Translations under genes and position numbers: made by a program
Origin: Phoronis australis
Taxonomy: Eukaryota; Animalia; Phoronida
Direction: 5' to 3'
Length of the DNA: 64,000 nucleotides
NCBI GenBank assembly: GCA_002633005.1
Contig: NMRA01000846.1
Coordinates: forward strand, 35,317 to 99,316
Shown: positions 43,546 to 56,671 of the stretch, piece after piece
How positions within the stretch are numbered: position 1 is the first letter of the stretch
How the letters are laid out: each line of letters starts with the position of its first letter
Notes under the pieces: model-generated
The model's input: only the letters and a program-made list of their open reading frames with translations
What the model was told of the DNA's origin: nothing
Databases searched by the model: none

Positions 43546-44122
43546 GACAACTAATTTAAAAACTAAATATGTGTCGGAGCTTAGGATGCAATATCGTCAC
43601 TGGTCCAGAGCAGTTTGACTTGGAATTATGATTGAATAGACAAATGTCTGCTCTTGAACAATGCTTTTCGGAATTAATGCTGCAAAATTTGGTGCAACTC
43701 AGAAAACCAGCGAAATTTGTGTCCCAACGCAAAAAGTATGCCTGAAAAATTCTGGAGTTACTGCCCCCAAATTTCACATGGAAACAAAATTAATGGATCT
43801 TTGTGTAGCTGAGGGAATGAATAAAGAGAACTCGCAACTATCCGGAGCAAATTTTCACGTCTATGGAAGTTGACGGTGATCTCTATGAAAAAAGGCCCAA
43901 GCACAAACTTCATGTCCGCCAGTAATTGCAATTGCAATGAATGGAAATTAGAAATTAAAAAGATATATCAAGAAATCTGACAGTTGTTAATGAAGATAGC
44001 CTGAAGTTATCTCTTAAGCACAGTGAAAATGCATGGAAATGCAAACTCGTCCAACTCAACATATTTAACCTTTTATCAGTCATAGTCGATTGGTGAATGT
44101 GAAACGTCAACAATGTACTCAC

Positions 44123-44184
44123 AAGCTTTTATCTTCCGGCTAGTTAGAGAGCTCAAGACCTTTTTTCAAGGGTCTTCTTCATAA
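44123..44184 (-). other. Candidate non-coding (5'UTR) exon of the GPCR
   Basis: Strong acceptor cctttttctttcag and donor gtgagt, 62 nt, stops in all three frames. Confidence 0.35.
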
Positions 44185-46150
44185 CTGAAAGAAAAAGGTA
44201 AAAACACTTCATGTGACGTTTCAACCAAACACTCACAACGTACTACGGTATGATGGTGTTAAAAGTTCATGTTAAGCTGGAAATAATGAGTATTTTATCC
44301 ATTAGTTTGAATAATGGATATGAACCTATACCCGGGCCCGGCGGTCCCATTTTCGTGCATGACTGGTTTGGTGCATGACCGTATTTCGACATTATTATAT
44401 TCCCGTACTTTACTCTTCTTTATGCCTGTAAGTTCATCAACGTGCAATAGGGGCCGTTCACTCACTGACAAGGTCACGACCTCACCATTTTTATACATGA
44501 CAAGCAACTGACACCATTTCCAGACAAAAGACCGGGAGTTTATTTCATTGAAAACGAATTACGACTAGAGACAGAAATTTTGTCTTACGCCTTACTTAAC
44601 TATTTCTGAAAAATATAATCAATACTCACTTTAGCAAAAAGTTATCTTACAAAATACCAACTGTATAACTGCTCCACACTGTGAAAATTTATATAAATTA
44701 CCTCCAGTCACTGATGTGTAAATAATTACGTAACAAAACCTCTAATTGGTACTTGTGAAGTGGGCGCGACGGTCAGACCAATTTTCTTTGTCACAAGACA
44801 CTTTTTGTGAAGACAACTGGAGTCACAGACTTCGTTTCTGAGCTATTTTACAGAATATGAAATTTGATCCTCTCAAAAGAGCGCTTATTCAAATCACGAT
44901 TGCCTCGCGGCATTATGCGTTTCAATGAGTGGCGATTGTGTGACGTTGCTAGGATATTGAAATAAGTTTATTTGATTACGAGCAATAAGACAATTTTCTA
45001 CTGTACTAAATTTAAAATTAGTCACACGTTACAAAATTTGATGGCGCTCGCTATCCTCTACAAAAATTCAACGTAGGATCAATATTTTTCAAATTAAATA
45101 ATTTGTTAGTTGAAATAAAAATTATATTAATTTTTTTATAAGCTGAGCAATGACTGCGTTTTGGCAAGCTGTGTCGGACTCACTTAAAGATGTATTTGCA
45201 TGCTACTAACTTCGCCAACGCGTAGCAGGAACTAAACGACAATGATACATTAACATAATTTATGCTAAACAAGGAGCAGTTGTATTCATTGACAACTTGT
45301 AAATGTGAAAACACAAAATTCTGCAAATAGGTGACCTTTGCACTAATGACGTATTTCGCGGGTTCACATAGCCCGCATCATGCAATGTTATAATTCTAAA
45401 TCACCACGTCACGATAGTTACTGGGCACGGTTCAGTGATTTGCGGTGAATCCTTTTCGCTGCAAAACTCATTCTTCAAGAAAACATTGGCAATTTTCAAC
45501 CAACTTCATATTCGCATCGTCGCTATATGTTGTGTTTCTTAATTTGGCGAATCAATCACAGAGATAAGGCATTAGGCTGCAAGTTTCACTTTAAATGTTG
45601 TTAGTCAGGTGTCACACATGTCTACATAAGCTTTTCATTTACACAAATCCAAAATTGTGGAAATCATTCTAAAAGTAGCAGGGTAGATGCTATATATTTC
45701 AATGTTTTACTTTTAAACTAGCAGCAATATAGCCAGTTCGTAATAACGCCTGTCTCGTGTCACACGACGGCTCGATCGACGGAAGCAGTTTGGATACCAC
45801 ACGTGGTGACATCAACAAGTGATCTCAGTGCTGCAGCAACATGCTGCACAATCCCGGGACGCTAACCGAGCTTCTAATGCACACAGCTTCTCTCAGTTAT
45901 GCCTGCTCTCAATAGCTAATATTTTAACACAGCTGCGATGGTTGATGGCCATGTTCAGCCCCTTACCTATACTAATTCGTAAGAGGTGCTTGGGCTTCGT
46001 TCAACGTCTTACTGAGGCCGGTCAACTGACAACTTCCGTTTAGCTCTATGACAATCAGTCACCCGTACGCTTCTAAATAAGGACAACCACGGCAAGGTAC
46101 CATTGGTCAGCTTTACTTCCGTTTTCAATATAGCCTTTTGATCTTTCTAA

Positions 46151-46464
46151 TGTGACGGGACGTTAGATACTGGAGTTCGTTTCTGGTCACTCGCTATTCT
46201 TCAGTTATTGTTATGCTTGTCTTTGTTTCGTCTTAGGCCGCTCTATAGCCTTTTAGTGTTACGTGGGCCATGCGGGCAAGACTGTATGTGTCTGGACTTC
46301 GCTGGCGAAAGACTTCGGACACAGGTGTGTTTTCCTTCAATGAGCTACAGGAATGAGCGTATGTCACATGCAACTGAACTATACAATGTGTGCGTTGAGG
46401 TGAAATGCACATCTTAGGTGCACTCCGCTAGAGATTCACTTTGTTACATGGCGCCCAACGTGGG
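46151..46464 (+). mobile_element. LTR (46151-46448) followed by tRNA-Lys(CUU) primer-binding site (46449-46464)
   Basis: TGTGAC...GTTACA inverted termini, then TGGCGCCCAACGTGGG, complementary to the 3' end of eukaryotic tRNA-Lys(CUU) including CCA; the 5' boundary is inferred. Confidence 0.75.
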
Positions 46465-48444
46465 TCATGCGGGCGCATTGTCCTAAATTAATGGTCCCAT
46501 TCACTCCATAGAAACATGGAACGCCCACTACCGCACGTGACCCATATATTCTGCGATTGCTACGTTTTACGGGTCTGGCCGTGAGAATTTGCATTGTGAA
46601 TTTCCGGTTGACGGTCTGCTCGACAGATCATCGAGTATTGTAATTATCGAATCAAGCTTGGTGTCATTGCTTTATTCTTATTTTGACATCTTTTGTTCAA
46701 AATGGAATCATTGAAGGATACGGTTTCAGATAACCAACGATTTTTCGGTAAAATTGGTCAACAAACCCGCCATTTGCACTGGTTATTCTTTACACGCACC
46801 GTCCGTGGTCATGGCAGGATGTCGTGAATAGACTGACCTCTGATATCTTTTCAGCTCCAGTTTTGAGCCACTTTCGACGACCCATCAAACTACATGTTAG
46901 AAGTCTTTTAAAAAGACATTTTTGAGTGTTAAAATCATGTGTTACAGTATTTAACGGAAATAAGTGACATTTGGTTCCTAAATTTGTGTTCGTAATTTTC
47001 GAAAAACTAGTCGTGTACTTATTTTCGTAGCTAAGTTCGTGTGAATATTTGCATGATCGCTGTTTTCGTATTGCTTGTGTAATAATTTATTTGCCAACCG
47101 TATTTTACTGCTGCGAAGCTGTCATTATCTCCCGAGAGATGTCGCAAAGTTTCAGGAAATGGTGCGTGCGCGTGTCACTAGCGTTCTGTTTTCAAAACCA
47201 CAACTTGCTGACTTTAATTTTTAAAAAAGGCGGAGAATTGTGAAAATGACGTTTAGTAGATTGTTTTTCACTTAAACGGATGCAGCGGGCAAGGTGAGTG
47301 TCGGTTGAATCGCAGATTTGGCATGCACCCCGTCGGTTTACAGCTCTACATGTTGATACAAGTTTCACGAGCTAGGTGACAAGCAGAACTACCCGGGCTA
47401 TGTGAAATTTCGGGGTCTAACGGAATTGAACTCACCGTGATACCTTTTGACGATAGTCTTCATACAACTACTTAGATGGCTAGGCCCCGGCATGCACCAC
47501 TGTCACAGGGAAGAAAAATAAAAAGGTTGTGAGTATGCACAGATTGACTGAAATACGTACTCGCACGGCCAATTTCCTACATCTCGTTGTGCTGTGCAGC
47601 CTCTGCGACGTCACGAAAAACGTCTCTTGCAGAGGGGCTTTACGAAACTATTTTTTTATTTTTCAAAGTAGAAAAAATGCTGTGCACTATTTAAGAAGAT
47701 GTAAATGTCAGAAACCAACCTTTATACTTTCAAAATTCATATTAAAATGCTGAAACATAGAGTTCAGATTCCTGAGCAGTAACGTTATCTCATAGCATTT
47801 ACCTAAACCGGTGTTATCATATATTAGTGTCCCACGACGTGACATTGCTCCATTTTACCGTTCAACTAAAAGGAAAAAAACGGTGTATGGGGTTTTGCTG
47901 CACCCGCAATTTCCCATTTGGCTACAAAAAAAACCGTCGGGCGCTTTTGGATGTTCCGGCACCCGTAATCTCCCGTTTGAAAAAAACGCTGTCAGAACGT
48001 TTCTGTGTGTTGCGGTGAACACGCCACCTTTACGGTTTTGGCATAGACTCAGGTGTCCAGCTTTTTATCCGGATGTCTCACTTTTCAATCTAGTTGTCCC
48101 GTTTTTTCATTGTCAAATGTTGACAACTATGCAACAGATGTTCCAAATAACATTGGTCTTTTTGCTATTAATATTATTTTACGTTGTTCACTTGCATTCT
48201 GTGATTCGCGTGTGATTCAGTTTTGCATCTGAGTTAGTGTACAGTAGCTATTCTTTTTCTTAAAGGAGGCAGGCAGACTTGAAAACTTCCTTCACGAAGA
48301 ACCAGTTGATCGATAACAGGACTCTCGTGTTTTTAGCTCAGGTGAGTGCAATAGGCTCAACCATGAGGCCTGTGCGCGTCTGATGAAACGCAAATAACAT
48401 CAGACCACCTGCACTCTTTTTTAGTGTACAAATCTACCACCGTG

Positions 48445-49036
48445 CACAGGCGTCCTTGTTTGCTTCTGATCGTCCCCAATACACCAAATATAATACTAAA
48501 TGGTCTGACATTCGGGACTAGGAATTACACGGGTGCCGTCCATATCAAACACACATCTCAATATATTTACGCAAAACAGGGACTCCACAAACCATGAACC
48601 AGGTTACGTGAGTGGGTTTAAGGTCAAGTACGGAATTACCCGATGAGTTACGGATGGATAACAATTGCCGGTTCAACACGGAAGATTACGAAATAGTCTG
48701 GCGAAGTGTGGAATTAATGATGTCGTGACCTTCCGTGACAAATCGGCATTTCCCGTGCTAACTCAAGTGACCCATCTAACAGATGTTGCGATGCGTCGGC
48801 CTTTTGGAAAGATTTTTGTGATTTGATCGCCATTTTATTGCGAATTCGCTTGAGCAGGACGCTGTAAATGCCATCAGGAGAAAAAGCACTTGTTCATAAT
48901 TTATTGAATTCCTGCTTTGTGTAAATTTGTTTAGGTTTGTGTTTGATATGGACGGCTAAAGTGAAGCACCCGTGGAATTCCTAGTCTTGAGTGTCAGGCC
49001 TTCTAGAATTATGATCAGAAGCTAAGGACGCCTGTG
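48445..49036. mobile_element. Non-autonomous DNA transposon with ~100-bp imperfect TIRs and 8-bp TSD
   Basis: cacaggcgtcctt / aaggacgcctgtg ends; CCACCGTG at 48437-48444 and 49037-49044; inner arms ccgtccatatcaaacac / gtgtttgatatggacgg. Confidence 0.85.
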
Positions 49037-51365
49037 CCACCGTGCACATCGTTTGCTTCCATTAACTTATTTTACTATTAAATTTAATTTGGAATTCACC
49101 ACATTGAAAAGCATGAAGTCATTTCGTAAGCACTACTACAGAAATCTGACGCCACTGAAAGAAGTACATAAGGAGAAGACGAGAGAATGGCGCGATCAAT
49201 GAAGATCTCAACGTCAAAGGCTATAATGTCTACGATGTGATATAAGAGCTATGCCGACAAGGATGACGAGGAGTTACGACGGCTGTGACCGTCAGGAGAG
49301 CTTTTGTGGGAAGTACGAAAAGCATGTGAAAGTCTTTCCCGAGACCCCTTTCCCAAGTCAAGTTACAATTTGTAAGGCTAAAGCTAAGGAGCCTAACCTC
49401 AGACTGGCTTTGTGATATTGTCTGGCTAATAAATGTATAAGAAATTAGTCGGGTGTGTAAGTTGTAAACCGCCAGGTATTGACGCCAATGTCATTCTGGT
49501 GCAGGGAAAAGTGAAATCGTGATAAACTGACAGTTAATCAGTGAGGCAGGTGGAAAATGTGAAGCCTTTCAATATCACAGTTAAAGATTCATTTATCAAT
49601 TGGCTTTCTCAAGCCATACTGTCTCCACACATAATATGCGGTCACGTAAAAGAAGTGCACGAAAACCTTATAATTGTCTCGCGTACCGATACGCGCACAT
49701 CAGTTACACAACTTCTGCATGACAGTAGCTGCCTTCAACTCTTGTAAACAAAACGGCATTATTTCTTTAGTAATGGGTACGGAAACGCTTTTTTCGAGTT
49801 TTAAATTTTAACTGCAGATGAGAAAACAAAGTCGATAAAGGACGTCAGCAACTACATAGACGCAGATAAAGCGAGCTGACGCTGCACTCTGTTGAAGGAC
49901 TAGCGAAAGTGATTTACTAAATACCCATTCACCGAGTTTTGGTTCAGAAGCACACAATTTCCACTTAAAATTACAAGGATTCTGGATGATAGCTTTTGCG
50001 ACACTTCTTCTGTGCGTCACAAATTTTCTGATGGATTTTCATTGTCTACTTGTTTCTATGTATAGCAAACAACCGAAACCCAAATGTCGAATGCTTAAAG
50101 GGACATGGAACGAGAAACTTCTTCAAAAGTACCTTTTAAACAATTCCTGTCGAAAGTGCCATCTTGCAACGTCTACTTCAGAGTTATTCACTTCCCATGC
50201 GAGGAAATTTCCAGAAAATATCACAAAATTTACGATTTTTAAATACCCGCTAAGGAAAAAATCTTTATCCCATACGCGTTGAATCAGTCCAGTGCAATAC
50301 GGCCATGTGATATTGTTTTCGGTATTCCCCCTCCGCAACTTCAACAATGCCCTCTGACAAGGAAAGTTCAAAAAGTAGGTCAATGTTGACTCGACGTTGT
50401 TAGCCGGTTCCATCATCAAACTTTACCAAAATAGTTTTAAGTAACACAATTGCAACAGTTTAAATAACATTTAACATGCAATCACGTCCCAAACGTAACA
50501 TTTGGAATAAAATTATTATATGACACTTCTGTCTCAATTTTCGTCTGCAACTCAGGCATCGATTCCTCCAACTACAATTTCAAATATTGTTATTTAACTA
50601 TTTTCAGGAAATGTTAGAATTACGGTTGCTTTCATCTTTGTTATATCCTTTCAAGTAATAAATCGTAACCTACCGCACAAGTACATACATATAGGATGTG
50701 ATCCGCCACGTGAACAATCTGGGCGAAGTATTTGAAAAATCGGTCGAAAAAATGAAAGAAATTTAGGAATTCGCAGCCTACGGGATAAATACAAAACGTA
50801 CCTCGATTGGCGTAGATGAAGTAATATCCCATTCAATATTAATTGCCTCTAATCGGATTGGCTTCTACTTGGTCGCCATTACTTTCTTAGATAAAAGGTC
50901 AAAAGTCACATTTTACATGCAAGTGAGATGTGCTACGCCTATGCCATTGCCACACCATTTAAGTAGACGTACTTTACCTTGTGGGAGAAAAATTGTCGAA
51001 GTGACGAGCAGTTGACAGGGCTTTTTGAAACTTGAAATTGAAAGAAAAATGCCTTACATATCAACAGAAATTCAAAGTCTTCACAAACAAACCGTAAAAA
51101 TACCTGTTTTTGCTTTCCAGGCCTCTTAAATCGTATGTTCTATTTGAATAGCAAGTACTACTACGTGAGTAACATTTGAAGCGTACGGATGACACTATTA
51201 CCCAATTATCGTTTTATTTCTTCAAAATGACGGCCAATATGTTTAAAACATCTGCTTTGCTTTAAAAATTTCTTTACATTCGTGCTGTGTAATTGATTTA
51301 TCGTCGATCTCATGACCAGTACAGATATGAGTCGGGAAAAAACTCTGATTGTGTGGGCTTGTTCC

Positions 51366-52111
51366 NNNNNNNNNNNNNNNNNNNNNNNNNNNNNNNNNNN
51401 NNNNNNNNNNNNNNNNNNNNNNNNNNNNNNNNNNNNNNNNNNNNNNNNNNNNNNNNNNNNNNNNNNNNNNNNNNNNNNNNNNNNNNNNNNNNNNNNNNNN
51501 NNNNNNNNNNNNNNNNNNNNNNNNNNNNNNNNNNNNNNNNNNNNNNNNNNNNNNNNNNNNNNNNNNNNNNNNNNNNNNNNNNNNNNNNNNNNNNNNNNNN
51601 NNNNNNNNNNNNNNNNNNNNNNNNNNNNNNNNNNNNNNNNNNNNNNNNNNNNNNNNNNNNNNNNNNNNNNNNNNNNNNNNNNNNNNNNNNNNNNNNNNNN
51701 NNNNNNNNNNNNNNNNNNNNNNNNNNNNNNNNNNNNNNNNNNNNNNNNNNNNNNNNNNNNNNNNNNNNNNNNNNNNNNNNNNNNNNNNNNNNNNNNNNNN
51801 NNNNNNNNNNNNNNNNNNNNNNNNNNNNNNNNNNNNNNNNNNNNNNNNNNNNNNNNNNNNNNNNNNNNNNNNNNNNNNNNNNNNNNNNNNNNNNNNNNNN
51901 NNNNNNNNNNNNNNNNNNNNNNNNNNNNNNNNNNNNNNNNNNNNNNNNNNNNNNNNNNNNNNNNNNNNNNNNNNNNNNNNNNNNNNNNNNNNNNNNNNNN
52001 NNNNNNNNNNNNNNNNNNNNNNNNNNNNNNNNNNNNNNNNNNNNNNNNNNNNNNNNNNNNNNNNNNNNNNNNNNNNNNNNNNNNNNNNNNNNNNNNNNNN
52101 NNNNNNNNNNN
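51366..52111. other. Assembly gap (746 N)
   Basis: Run of N. Confidence 1.
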
Positions 52112-53938
52112 CCCCCCCTAAATCCGTAGTCATGAAAACACAGCCTGGCTGACCCATTCTCCGGTCGTTACTATGATGCTTTAAACAACTGACCGACATG
52201 CAACAAAATATAATCTAACTTTTCGAAAACATTTATAAATTTTACACGGACATATTTTGCTTCGTCGCGGCAACGACCCAACGCTTCCGAATCTCAACGT
52301 CTGTAGAGATTGTGAAGAAGACAGTTGCGTGTCCGTATTTTTTCTAGCCGTTTGCGGAACAACACGGTCTGAAACACAGAACTATGCCGATAACCTAACA
52401 GAGCATCGTAGCGAGCCTCGTTTTGGAATGCGCCTCCTGTCGGCGTGAATAGGGTCTATGGCACCAGAGGCCAAGGAATGTCTGGTGTGGACGCAACTAC
52501 GAACGCCCGTGCTATTCTTTCGGGGCCTGTCTCACGAAGAGTCTGCTGGCTTTTGTCCAAAAGTAAGATAGCTGACTACGAACAGCCAAAAGTTGATTTT
52601 TTGTCTTTTTTAACTTTGGCTTTTAGCCTGCACCCGAGCATTTTGCCTTTTGTCTTCGAGTTAGACAGATTTGCTGACGTTTAGCCTTAACCTGATTTCG
52701 TAAAATAGACTAAGGCGTCCGTTGGCTGTTTTTTTCTCCAAGAGCCAAAAGTTAAAGACAATAAACTGTGGTCTTGACCGTTAACTTTCCACCTGACAGG
52801 ACACGGGCACCCTTGCTAAACAGCGAAAATTGGCTGTTTGTGGCGTGTATGAGGATTGAAAATTCTTACTTATGGGAAAATGGCTCAATTTTCTAATTTT
52901 TTAAACGAAAAATCGGTTTGGTCTTTTCACACAGGTGACTTTATATGTACAAGTGGGTTTTACTCCATGACTATCCTCCAATAATGATAGAACAATAGAG
53001 GCAGAAGTATACAAGAAAATCCTAGTTTTGTTCGTTTTAAATTCGCCTGAAATCACCAAGAATAGCGTAATAAACAGAATTTGTATACATACGTTATGAA
53101 ACGGACTTTAACGAAAGCAATTTCAGTCGAAACTTTTAAGTCTAAGTAATGCCAATTCAATACAATTTCCAATAGTTTCAAACTTAACTACATTAAATAC
53201 GAATTTTTTAGTTTAATTTTTATTTTTAGTGGTGCACCCCCACCTAAAGTGACAGTTGACTCATGAATTATGGGAACTCACTGAGCTGCCGCCATGAGAT
53301 TTCCGAATTTAACAAAAAATAAAACTCTAAATGAAATAAGGCAAGCATAAAGAGGGCAAAAAGTTACGAAATGTTTATATTATAGTGTTATCTTTCGACC
53401 GACCAAACTTACGCTGTGTACTAAACTGGTGAACGTAAAGGATACACTATTTTAAAACCACAGGAGGACTTAAGCCTCCTTCCTGAACGGACAAGCGTCG
53501 CCAGCACGTTATTTTAAGGGACACACGAACATTTTCCTTTGAAAATTGTGGTTGCCACCCTTCGTGACACTCAGTATAATCAATTCTGGTTGTTTGAGAT
53601 GACCTCTACAGCGGGTACGAAAGTAGGCCTAACTTTTAAAAGAAACTTCACCAGCTTTTATCAAATTACAAACAGAATTCTGCTGGTATACATTTTATCC
53701 AGGCACTTCTAAAAAACACAATGCGTTGCCAAAACAAGTTTCAAGTTAAGTACAACTGAAAACACATTTTACCATAAACAACGCTTTTTGTACGAATAAA
53801 TGGAAGCGGTGCCAAGACTTAATTAACGCATGATTTGTATAACTACTCTAGTGTTTACTAAAATTTAATCAAGGACAAAGCTCGTTCTACAACTTGTAAT
53901 GATTGACAAGTGAGGACCAGGAAGAACTTCAATAGTTT

Positions 53939-54145
53939 TGTGCGTCCAAGGAACGCGTGTGTACTGTCAACAGTGAGCCCGAGGTACGCTCATGTACTTC
54001 CGAACTGTGTCCCGAGGGACGCGCAGGTTATTGTCATCTGTGCGTCAGAGAGACACGCGGGTACTGTCGACTTTGTGCTCGAAGGACGCTCGTGCACTGT
54101 CAACTGTGCGTCCGCGGGACGCGCGTGTGCTGTCAATTTTGCGCC
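53939..54145. repeat. Degenerate ~33-bp minisatellite, about 6 copies
   Basis: Consensus approximately TGTGCGTCCGAGGGACGCGCGTGTACTGTCAAC. Confidence 0.85.
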
Positions 54146-55366
54146 TGCCACTGTAAAAGTTTAAGCATAAACATTAGAAACGCGTTACTTCTAATTGAAA
54201 AAACGCATAGGCCGAGGGCACAACGGGGCGTGTTCGCACAACCCCTATATTTTGATTACTACGCAAGCCCGCATGTCAGCTTCAATTTTGTAGGTTTGTG
54301 CGGTTGCCAAACCAGTATACTGAAATTTAAATAGTAGATTTTTAAAATATTAATTTTAGGTGAGAAGGTGTCCTTAATTTTATTTTTGAGCCTTATTGTT
54401 TCCACTTGGATGTGTTTTTCTTTCGTTATGTATTACTTTCAAGCTCAGTAATTTACATGTAAAATGTGACAACAATGTACTTCAACGTGACGGTTGGTGT
54501 GTTTAGTTTCATCAACCTTCCACGATGTAGTCACGTGTGTTGATCAGCAAGTGGTGTTGGTGCGAGTCNGGGGCGCCCCCAAAGGGAACTCTAGTTTCCA
54601 AGTTTACAAAATTCTTAAACGGCTTCATATTTAAGTAAACGCTCTGATTCAATCATAATCAAAGGCCGCCATTAGTAATATCAATTTTATTAGTTAAGTT
54701 CACTTTATGACGACAACTAGTTTGGGGTGTTGTGTTTTCAGATACAATTGTTTTAGCTTTTTAGATTTTACAAAACTCTTACGTAATACTGCAGGAAAAG
54801 AATAATGTATTTTATACCCAATATCATCTTCAATCTAAAACTCTCATGCAATGTAAAGTTTTCTTAAAACATCATCTAAAAGTCGCAAACTTACCGAGTA
54901 GACAAGCCAATACACAAAATTAATGAAAATTCCATGAATAGTATTAGAGAGCGTCGTGGTCGCTTTTATAAGATTCTTTTATGTCTTCGCTTTGTGGTTT
55001 AATGAAAAACGCGATGATATGACAGTAGGCATCACTTAGATAATTTATAAATCACACCAAAGCAGGTGGTTTGCACAACTTGGATACGCACAGCAAGTGT
55101 TTTTATCGAGAAAGAGTACGGTGTGCTCGTTGTCACGTGATTGGCTAAGATTCGAGTCTGAGGTCGGAGATTATACTTTCAGTGTCCAGGCAGACATTCG
55201 CAGTCGTGGTTTTTGCGAAGAAGTGTATTTTCACAAAGTTCGTTTTGAGCTAACGTTGGCAATACCGATTAAGTTATGCATGTGTATTTTTAAACATGTT
55301 TATTTGGTTTGTTTGTCTGTAATATTCATATGACTGAAATAGTGTCTATTTCTGGTATGTATTCAT

Positions 55367-55400
55367 TTATGTATGTATGTATGTATGTGTGTATGTGTGT
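55367..55400. repeat. (TATG)n/(TG)n microsatellite
   Basis: Direct inspection. Confidence 0.85.
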
Positions 55401-56584
55401 AATGTATACATTATGTGTGCGTGTATGTCACAACTTTTATGGCTGGACGGCGGATAATGAGTCGGATACAGAACAGAAGATGTAATCATAAATACTCTGG
55501 GCGGGCTGTTAAATCCAATTTTGGGTCCTTCTAGCCTAATACAAAGACGAGATGTTTCACCTTCAGCTATAGTCGGTTAGTAACACTGCAAGCTCTACAA
55601 GAACGTCACTAGGTTGCGGTGGCGAAACGGACCCGTCCCCAAATTACTCGGGCGATTGATAATACTATTAATTAGTCACCTTATGACACAAATGTATTAC
55701 AAATAGATTGCATCTCTCGAATCTTAAGAGTTCGCTAAATGTGACCAGTTAATTTATATTTTATTTTATATTTGTCCAGTGTAGCGCAACAAACAAATAG
55801 AATTTACATGAAACAAAAGTTTTAAAAAATGAAATATACAATCAACTGTGTTTTATCAGGTCATCCTCCAAGACTGTTTTTCATAAGAATGCGTTCCAAA
55901 GTGCAGAGCGCACTAAACTATTTATATGAGAAAAACGCCCATGGCATGAGAACAGTGTTTGCAGACCTTTCTACGCCAAATCTTTACACCAATCAAGCAA
56001 CAAGTCAAACCTATTCATAAAGACCTGCCTGAGTTTAGTGAGCATGTAAATCTGTGTTTGAATGTACTGCGCCTGGGATTAGTTCCACCAGATTCGATTT
56101 ACTGCATTGGAAACAAAAGGGTATGGTAATGCGCTGTCTGCACGTAATCGCGGTGAGCGGGACGTAAGTGCAAAATGACGTCGCATGGATGTCGCAAGGT
56201 ATTGTTTAATTTGCGCGTCGCATCAGTAGTTATCGCCAATGCGACACTTCCATTGTTTTCTTTTTTGCGTCTTTGTTGGGCATAACAATACAGGTCGTAT
56301 GGATGACGTACCTTGGTCGCCCATCAGTCCGTTACTGATAAATGCTGGACATTATCGTTATTATAAGAAAGAAAAATAGAGTCAACAATGGATTCGCCTA
56401 TCTATCGATATCTATGCCACGAGCATGCGACCTAGTTTCCCGTTCTCTCAGGATATATGCAGAACGTCAAACATTCTTGTGCCGAAATTAGAACAATGTG
56501 CAATTACTCAGTAGCTTTATTAAGATTTCCCACTAAATAACTGTGTTCAAAAAGAAATTTCAGTCAACGCCTTTTAATAATATC

Positions 56585-56671
56585 AAGAAGAAGAAGAAGG
56601 AGAAAAAAAGAAGAAGAAGACGAAGAAGAAAAAAGAAGGAGAAGAAGAATAAGAAGAAGAACAAAAAGAAG
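56585..56671. repeat. (GAA)n purine-rich microsatellite
   Basis: Direct inspection. Confidence 0.92.

Noticed and set aside
50978-51030. 53-nt exon that would link the 54895 donor in frame to the 25505 exon
   Set aside because: Weak acceptor, poor signal peptide in the product, and phase compatibility is expected by chance
51243-52199. Four long ORFs of 267-318 aa
   Set aside because: They are read-through of the N gap
53910-54334. Cys-rich repeat protein ORFs
   Set aside because: Translation of the 33-bp minisatellite; no supporting splice structure
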